A DNA stretch of 64,000 bases, from assembly GCA_965205025.1 (NCBI GenBank), contig CBDBFU010000012.1, positions 224,001 through 288,000 on the forward strand, read 5' to 3'. The DNA comes from Candidatus Poribacteria bacterium. GTDB lineage: Bacteria; Poribacteria; WGA-4E; WGA-3G. Below the pieces are notes generated by a model, which had not been told where the DNA came from, searched no databases, and saw only the letters and a list, made by a program, of their open reading frames with translations. The position numbers and the translations under genes are program-made. This document shows positions 58,849-64,000 of the stretch, in pieces. Every line of letters begins with the position of its first letter. Position 1 is the first letter of the stretch.

Positions 58849-59688
58849 ATGCAGAAGATAATTGATACACATCAACACTTATGGGATGTCGCCAACTTAG
58901 AATATCCATGGTTAGAGGGTTTCGACCTACTTAAACAGAAATACACTTCTGAAGACTATCGCGATGCAGTTGAAAATCTAAACGTCGTCAACTCTGTTCA
59001 TGTTGAAGGTGATCCTGCTGAAACCCACGTGGTTCAAGAGGTGGAATGGTTGAGTCAGATTGCTAAAGAAGATGGTATGATAGGCGCGATTGCTGCAGCT
59101 GCACCTTTAGAAAATCCAAATGTAGAGTCTATTATTGAACAGCTTGCAGCGTTTGAACTTGTGGTTGGTATCCGTAGAATGGCATGGCATAATCCTGACA
59201 ACCAATTTTACGCCAGTCCTGAACTCATCAATGGTGTAAAATTACTACCGAAGTATAACTTATCTTTTGAACTTTGTGCAAAACACGACCAACTCCCTGC
59301 TGCCATTGAACTTGTTAAAGCCACACCAGATGTCACACATGCTATTAATCATTGTGGGGGACCAAATATAAAAGACGACGATTTTGAACCGTGGGCAACC
59401 CACATGAATAAACTCGCCGTCTTTGAAAATGTTTGTTGTAAAGTCTCAGGAATCGTTACAACCGCAAGTGAGAATTGGACTCCTGAAGAACTAAAACCAT
59501 ATATCCAACATCTTGTAGAATCCTTTGGCTATGATAGACTTATGTTTGGTAGCGACTGGCCAGTATGTACTTTAGCTGCAGAATATCATGAATGGTATAA
59601 TGCACTTCTATATGCAATTGACGGTGCATCAGATTCAGAGAAAAACCGTTTTTTCTATCAGAACGCATTAGAATTCTACAAAATGTAA
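58849..59688 (+). CDS. Amidohydrolase_2 family protein (L-fuconolactonase-like)
   Basis: IIDTHQHLWD, VGIR, NHCG.P, NVCCKVSG, FGYDRLMFGSDWPV. Confidence 0.88.
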   Translation: MQKIIDTHQHLWDVANLEYPWLEGFDLLKQKYTSEDYRDAVENLNVVNSVHVEGDPAETHVVQEVEWLSQIAKEDGMIGAIAAAAPLENPNVESIIEQLAAFELVVGIRRMAWHNPDNQFYASPELINGVKLLPKYNLSFELCAKHDQLPAAIELVKATPDVTHAINHCGGPNIKDDDFEPWATHMNKLAVFENVCCKVSGIVTTASENWTPEELKPYIQHLVESFGYDRLMFGSDWPVCTLAAEYHEWYNALLYAIDGASDSEKNRFFYQNALEFYKM

Positions 59689-59715
59689 ATCATTCACATC
59701 CAATATAGTAACCCT

Positions 59716-61647
59716 TTATTGAGGAGTAATCAATACTGGTTCAACACCTTGGGAATCATGAATTTCTTGCTTTAGGGTTGCTGAATCTGACCTATTTGAA
59801 AACTCACCTATTGTCACCCGGTGCATCTTATTTCCATTTACAATAACTGTATATATAAATACCTTTTGATTCGGGTATAGACTCTTTAAATTCTCTGCCA
59901 ATAGTGTAGCATTAAACTCTTCAGAGAAAGATCCTACCATGAGTGTCATCTTCGGTGCATCATTCAATTCTGGAGAGGGGTTATGGACGGCGGTGCCAAA
60001 ATCCATGTTAACTTCTCGACTGCTCATATTGCCAGCTATATCCTGAACATTCATAGCAAATTTATAGGATGAACCAGAGGAAGTGGACAGTTTATTAAAT
60101 ACAACACTTTCTGGTGGTGTACCATTCCCCTCTTTCTTCTCAACCAGATTATCCTTCGCATCAAATACCTCAAGTGTCCACTTAGCAATGGAATTTATAT
60201 CCCACGTTTTAACGCTGATACTATTTTGACCTATCTTTTCAATCTCAATTGTCGCAGGTATCAAGTCAACCGTAACCTTCTCTGTGTTTCTAAGATGTGA
60301 TTTGCCTTCTGAATCGATAATATACAATTGCAAAACATAGTCACCATCTGACACCAATTTACCATCGTCTCCAACTGCATTCCATTGAATACCCCTAACA
60401 GGTGTTCCTGTCCCAGTCATTTCCCATACCTTTTCGGTATACACATCTCGTAGTGTTAACTGCCATTTATCATTTGGGTTAACCTTAAACTTGAATGTAG
60501 TAGCATCTGCGATACCGTCATTATTAGGTGAAATAGCAGATTCTGAGAGTTCTAATTCTTCTGCAGGTACATCTACCTCAACATTCTGTTCAAGAGATAT
60601 CGGCATCCTAATCAGAGAGTTTTCAGGTGTATTATTCCCATTTTCCTGTTTTGTATCAACCTCAGCCAATGTAGGTTCAGAATCAGGTGTGGATGTTCTC
60701 TTGTTACCACCCCATCTTAATGTCGCAGAAATCCAATGGATACTCTCATTGAATTCACCACCCTTAACATGAGCGTAATCCAACTGTCCTGATGCATTTC
60801 GGAAACTAATACCTTGGGTCCATTCACCTGTGCTAAAGTTCTCGACAGCAGTTAAAGTAGTGTAACCTAAACGAACACCAAAATGATCATCGAAAAACCA
60901 TCGTTCTGCCCCAAAGTGTAGACGGAGTCTTTCTCCCCAAGTGGAATCATTCTGTCCTCGTATAGCAAAATCTGCTGATAGTAATGTAGCACCATCAGGA
61001 CGATAGGTTGTACCAAAACGAGCAGCCAATGGTAAACTCTCAACAAGCACACCATCCTCACGAATACCATTACTCAATTCGGATAGATTTATTCCCAATG
61101 TAATGGAATCTCCATACCTTTCCAAAGGATAGGCAAATTGCATTCCAAGATCTGCACTCCACAGATAATTCTTCCTTATAAGTGTACTGTTCTGATAATA
61201 ACGTATATTAGCACCAGCAGATGCCTGCTCACCTAATGCTAAACCGTAACCTAAAAGTACTATTTGTGTAGATTCATCGTAATTGTTATTCCAACCATTG
61301 AACCACGATGCTACCGACAGACTACCAATATTTTTATCTATTAAACCTAATGTGTCTGGACTGACAGCAAACGAGAAGGTTTGATCTGGACCTGACTGTT
61401 TACCTGAAAACGGAATCCCACCCATGTTCACCTCTAAACCATTCATAAATCCCAGTGAAGAAGGATTCCACAAAAAACCGTTATTTGTTGAGGGTCCAGC
61501 AGTGAAGGCACTTCCCATTCCAACAGCTCGCGCACTTGCTCCGACAAATATATCTCGACGATCTATTCCTGGTGACCCATCAGACACCATTGTATTTCCT
61601 AACATGATGATTACAATACATATAATCAAGATAGTCTTAACTTGCAT
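59716..61647 (-). CDS. PorV-like beta-barrel + FlgD-Ig-like domain + C-terminal SPOR domain protein
   Basis: GASARAVGMGSAF.A.....WNPS.LG; ISPNNDGIAD and WN..GDDGKLVSDGDY; C-terminal LMVGSFS..FNA..LA..L...HRVTIGEF..RSDS (SPOR). Confidence 0.7.
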   Translation of the reverse strand: MQVKTILIICIVIIMLGNTMVSDGSPGIDRRDIFVGASARAVGMGSAFTAGPSTNNGFLWNPSSLGFMNGLEVNMGGIPFSGKQSGPDQTFSFAVSPDTLGLIDKNIGSLSVASWFNGWNNNYDESTQIVLLGYGLALGEQASAGANIRYYQNSTLIRKNYLWSADLGMQFAYPLERYGDSITLGINLSELSNGIREDGVLVESLPLAARFGTTYRPDGATLLSADFAIRGQNDSTWGERLRLHFGAERWFFDDHFGVRLGYTTLTAVENFSTGEWTQGISFRNASGQLDYAHVKGGEFNESIHWISATLRWGGNKRTSTPDSEPTLAEVDTKQENGNNTPENSLIRMPISLEQNVEVDVPAEELELSESAISPNNDGIADATTFKFKVNPNDKWQLTLRDVYTEKVWEMTGTGTPVRGIQWNAVGDDGKLVSDGDYVLQLYIIDSEGKSHLRNTEKVTVDLIPATIEIEKIGQNSISVKTWDINSIAKWTLEVFDAKDNLVEKKEGNGTPPESVVFNKLSTSSGSSYKFAMNVQDIAGNMSSREVNMDFGTAVHNPSPELNDAPKMTLMVGSFSEEFNATLLAENLKSLYPNQKVFIYTVIVNGNKMHRVTIGEFSNRSDSATLKQEIHDSQGVEPVLITPQ

Positions 61648-61932
61648 TTTTCTACTCCATCTATTTATTCTCTATTATTTTATGCAAAACTTCTGCTGTA
61701 ATATTAACGTTATAACAATATATATGGGTACATACAGAAATTAAGGATTTCACTTACTGAGGATTGATTAGTATTTATATCAAGCAAATTCCACGTTCAG
61801 TTTTAATCGTTAGACGCTTCGTAGGAATGAATCTATTCGACATTGAATACCTATGCTAATGCTACAGTTTTCACTTGCTTGATGCAAATATATATGAGAA
61901 AATAAAACCAAATTTGTATATGGTGAAAAATA

Positions 61933-62196
61933 ATGGAAGAAATACGAGAATTAACGACACTTTTAGAGTCTGGAATTCAGGAATATGAGGAGCAACTAAA
62001 ATCGTTGCAAGCTGAAAGATTGAAATATATTCGACTTTCAATGACAGATGGGTTCGGGGAAGATGAAGGTCAATCAAAAGATTCATGGCTACTACATTTA
62101 AAGCAACTCGAAGATTCATTGGAACTTCGAGTTAGAGCATTAAAACAAGCTGTCGTGGAATTAGCTGAATCCTTCAAGAAAGTAGAGACAGAATAG
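61933..62196 (+). CDS. Hypothetical coiled-coil protein
   Basis: 87-aa ORF with amphipathic helical composition, 1 nt upstream of the next gene. Confidence 0.55.
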   Translation: MEEIRELTTLLESGIQEYEEQLKSLQAERLKYIRLSMTDGFGEDEGQSKDSWLLHLKQLEDSLELRVRALKQAVVELAESFKKVETE

Positions 62197-62197
62197 T

Positions 62198-64000
62198 ATG
62201 CATTTCCTTCAAATGTCTATCACTCACCTATTTTTTTTCATCTGCTTCACAATTACCATTTTTACTGTAAATGTCCTACCATCCTATGCACAAGATTCAG
62301 AAATTGATTTGGTGATAGAAGAAGCAATTCGACAGCAGAATCTTGGGTTAGCATACTTAGAAGAATCACAGCCTACAAAAGCACTTGGGGCATTTACAGC
62401 ACTTATTGAATTACTGCCCCATGAAGCAATTGGATACGGCAACCTTGCGGTTGCACATTTACGATTACAACAATCTGAAGAAGCCGAAAAATGGGTTAAA
62501 CAAGGCATTAAGGGGACACCTATGCAGAGTCAACTCCATTTCATCTTATCTGAAGTATACCAATTAAAGGGTGAAACCGATTTAGCGGTGGAATCAATGG
62601 AAGAGGCAGTAAGATTAGACCCAGATGAATTAGAATTTCGATATAAATTGGTGCGACACTATCTCGGACAGAGAAGAAATCCAGAAGCACAAATGCAAGC
62701 ACTTATACACCTGAAGGAACTCAACTCACGTTCACCTGTAAATGTGGTTATATTGCTAAAGTTAACACAAGCATTAATTGGACAGGGAGAACTTGAAGAA
62801 GCAGAAAAATCATCTCAACAATTACTTATTCTATTAGGGGATACAGAAGAAGATAAATTAAAATACTTAACCCAAGGAATTGAGGAAATTGGAAAAAGAA
62901 ATCAAAAGGCTGCAGCACGTAATATTCAGATTTTTGAAAATGTGCAACGTGCAAGTCCACGATATCAGCAAGGCATTGGAGAACTTGTAACAAATATCCT
63001 TGGACACCCAATTGAGTCATTCAGTCCAGGAGTCAAAGCACGAATCACTGCAAAAAAGAGTCATCCCATACCAGTAGAATTCACTGATATATCAAACCAA
63101 ATCGGACTTAATAACCTACCATCTGAACCACTAATTTCTACCCATATTTCCCTAATTGACTACGATAATGATGGTAATTTAGATATATACACATCAAGGA
63201 GTAATTTACTAAAAAATGTCCATGGAAAATATGTACCTATACAAGGAATTAAAGATTCCATCGGGGACATTCCAAATACATATTACACCACTTATGTAGA
63301 CTTAGATAAGAACGGCACACTTGAGATTCTACTACAAAATACGAATGGAATCTCACAGTTGCGAATGATAGAGGAAGGAAATTGGGAAAGAATAGATATA
63401 ATTCAGTATCAAGGACTAAAAGAGGGGACAGGTGTATTACTACCCGTTGACTATGATCATGACGGGGATCTCGACCTGCTTTCTGGACAGGATGGTGTAA
63501 GTTTATATCAGAACAGTGGAGAAGGAGTATTTACTGATGTAAGTGACAAGACTTTCGTATCAAATCAGGATAACGGTTTAACACAAAACACCGTTATAGA
63601 CGCCTTCGCTGCGGATTTTGACGATGATGGGGATATCGATATTTTTACAATTAATCAAGATCTGGGATGTACTTTATTTAATAACCTACGACAAGGAAAA
63701 CTTCGTGCAGTTTCCGATCATACTGATATTCCACAAAATGTTAAATACACATCAGTTGCTGTAGGTGATTATGATAACGATGGGAACTTTGATCTGCTAT
63801 TGGCTACGTCTACCAGTATAGAACTTTACAGAAATCGTGGTGATGCTACCTTCGTTAGGGATATAGGTTCTGAAGGTATTTTCTCTAATATATCTAACTA
63901 TCAAGTAAAAGAAATTAAATCTCTCGATTATGATAATGATGGATTTCTGGATATATGGGTAATTAGTCCACAAGGTTTTTCAATGTTCCGTAACGATGGA
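62198..64000 (+). CDS. TPR + FG-GAP repeat (CRTAC1-like) secreted protein, truncated by the right edge
   Basis: Manual translation MHFLQMSITHLFFFICFTITIFTVNVLPSYAQD...NLGLAYLEE...YGNLAVAHLR (TPR); later DYDNDGNLDIY, DYDHDGDLDLL, DFDDDGDIDIF, DYDNDGNFDLL. Confidence 0.85.
   Translation, partial: MHFLQMSITHLFFFICFTITIFTVNVLPSYAQDSEIDLVIEEAIRQQNLGLAYLEESQPTKALGAFTALIELLPHEAIGYGNLAVAHLRLQQSEEAEKWVKQGIKGTPMQSQLHFILSEVYQLKGETDLAVESMEEAVRLDPDELEFRYKLVRHYLGQRRNPEAQMQALIHLKELNSRSPVNVVILLKLTQALIGQGELEEAEKSSQQLLILLGDTEEDKLKYLTQGIEEIGKRNQKAAARNIQIFENVQRASPRYQQGIGELVTNILGHPIESFSPGVKARITAKKSHPIPVEFTDISNQIGLNNLPSEPLISTHISLIDYDNDGNLDIYTSRSNLLKNVHGKYVPIQGIKDSIGDIPNTYYTTYVDLDKNGTLEILLQNTNGISQLRMIEEGNWERIDIIQYQGLKEGTGVLLPVDYDHDGDLDLLSGQDGVSLYQNSGEGVFTDVSDKTFVSNQDNGLTQNTVIDAFAADFDDDGDIDIFTINQDLGCTLFNNLRQGKLRAVSDHTDIPQNVKYTSVAVGDYDNDGNFDLLLATSTSIELYRNRGDATFVRDIGSEGIFSNISNYQVKEIKSLDYDNDGFLDIWVISPQGFSMFRNDG

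Overview
AT-rich bacterial chromosome segment, most consistent with Candidatus Poribacteria. This is inferred from LamG proteins ending in TWGxLK, an LRR-cohesin-dockerin-FlgD secreted protein, a DUF1501/WD40/PPC cluster and CRTAC1-like proteins. The left two-thirds holds housekeeping genes (leuS running off the left edge, nfo, obgE, proB, rqcH-like, tricorn protease) mixed with secreted proteins, sugar oxidoreductases and a small AT-rich GIY-YIG + DUF2971-like cassette. About 45.8-56.6 kb is an accessory island. It contains an internally deleted ISAs1 element, a compact operon encoding NurA-like nuclease, HerA-like ATPase and a YaaA/DUF6884-like::DpdA (DNA 7-deazaguanine transglycosylase) fusion, decayed toxin-antitoxin genes, and a TcmP + DUF5131 radical-SAM pair. 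The NurA-HerA-DpdA operon has no dpdB or dpdD-K in the window and is the best candidate for an undescribed modification/defence system. A second unexplained feature is a roughly 1 kb AT-rich element present twice (about 30.4-31.4 and 52.2-53.1 kb), with inverted 9-mer repeats, a covarying palindrome and an orphan ORF whose frame is preserved. Intergenic spaces carry several MITE/REP families, some nested inside each other. No rRNA, tRNA or CRISPR array was seen. All family assignments come from motif recognition by eye; no database searches were run.
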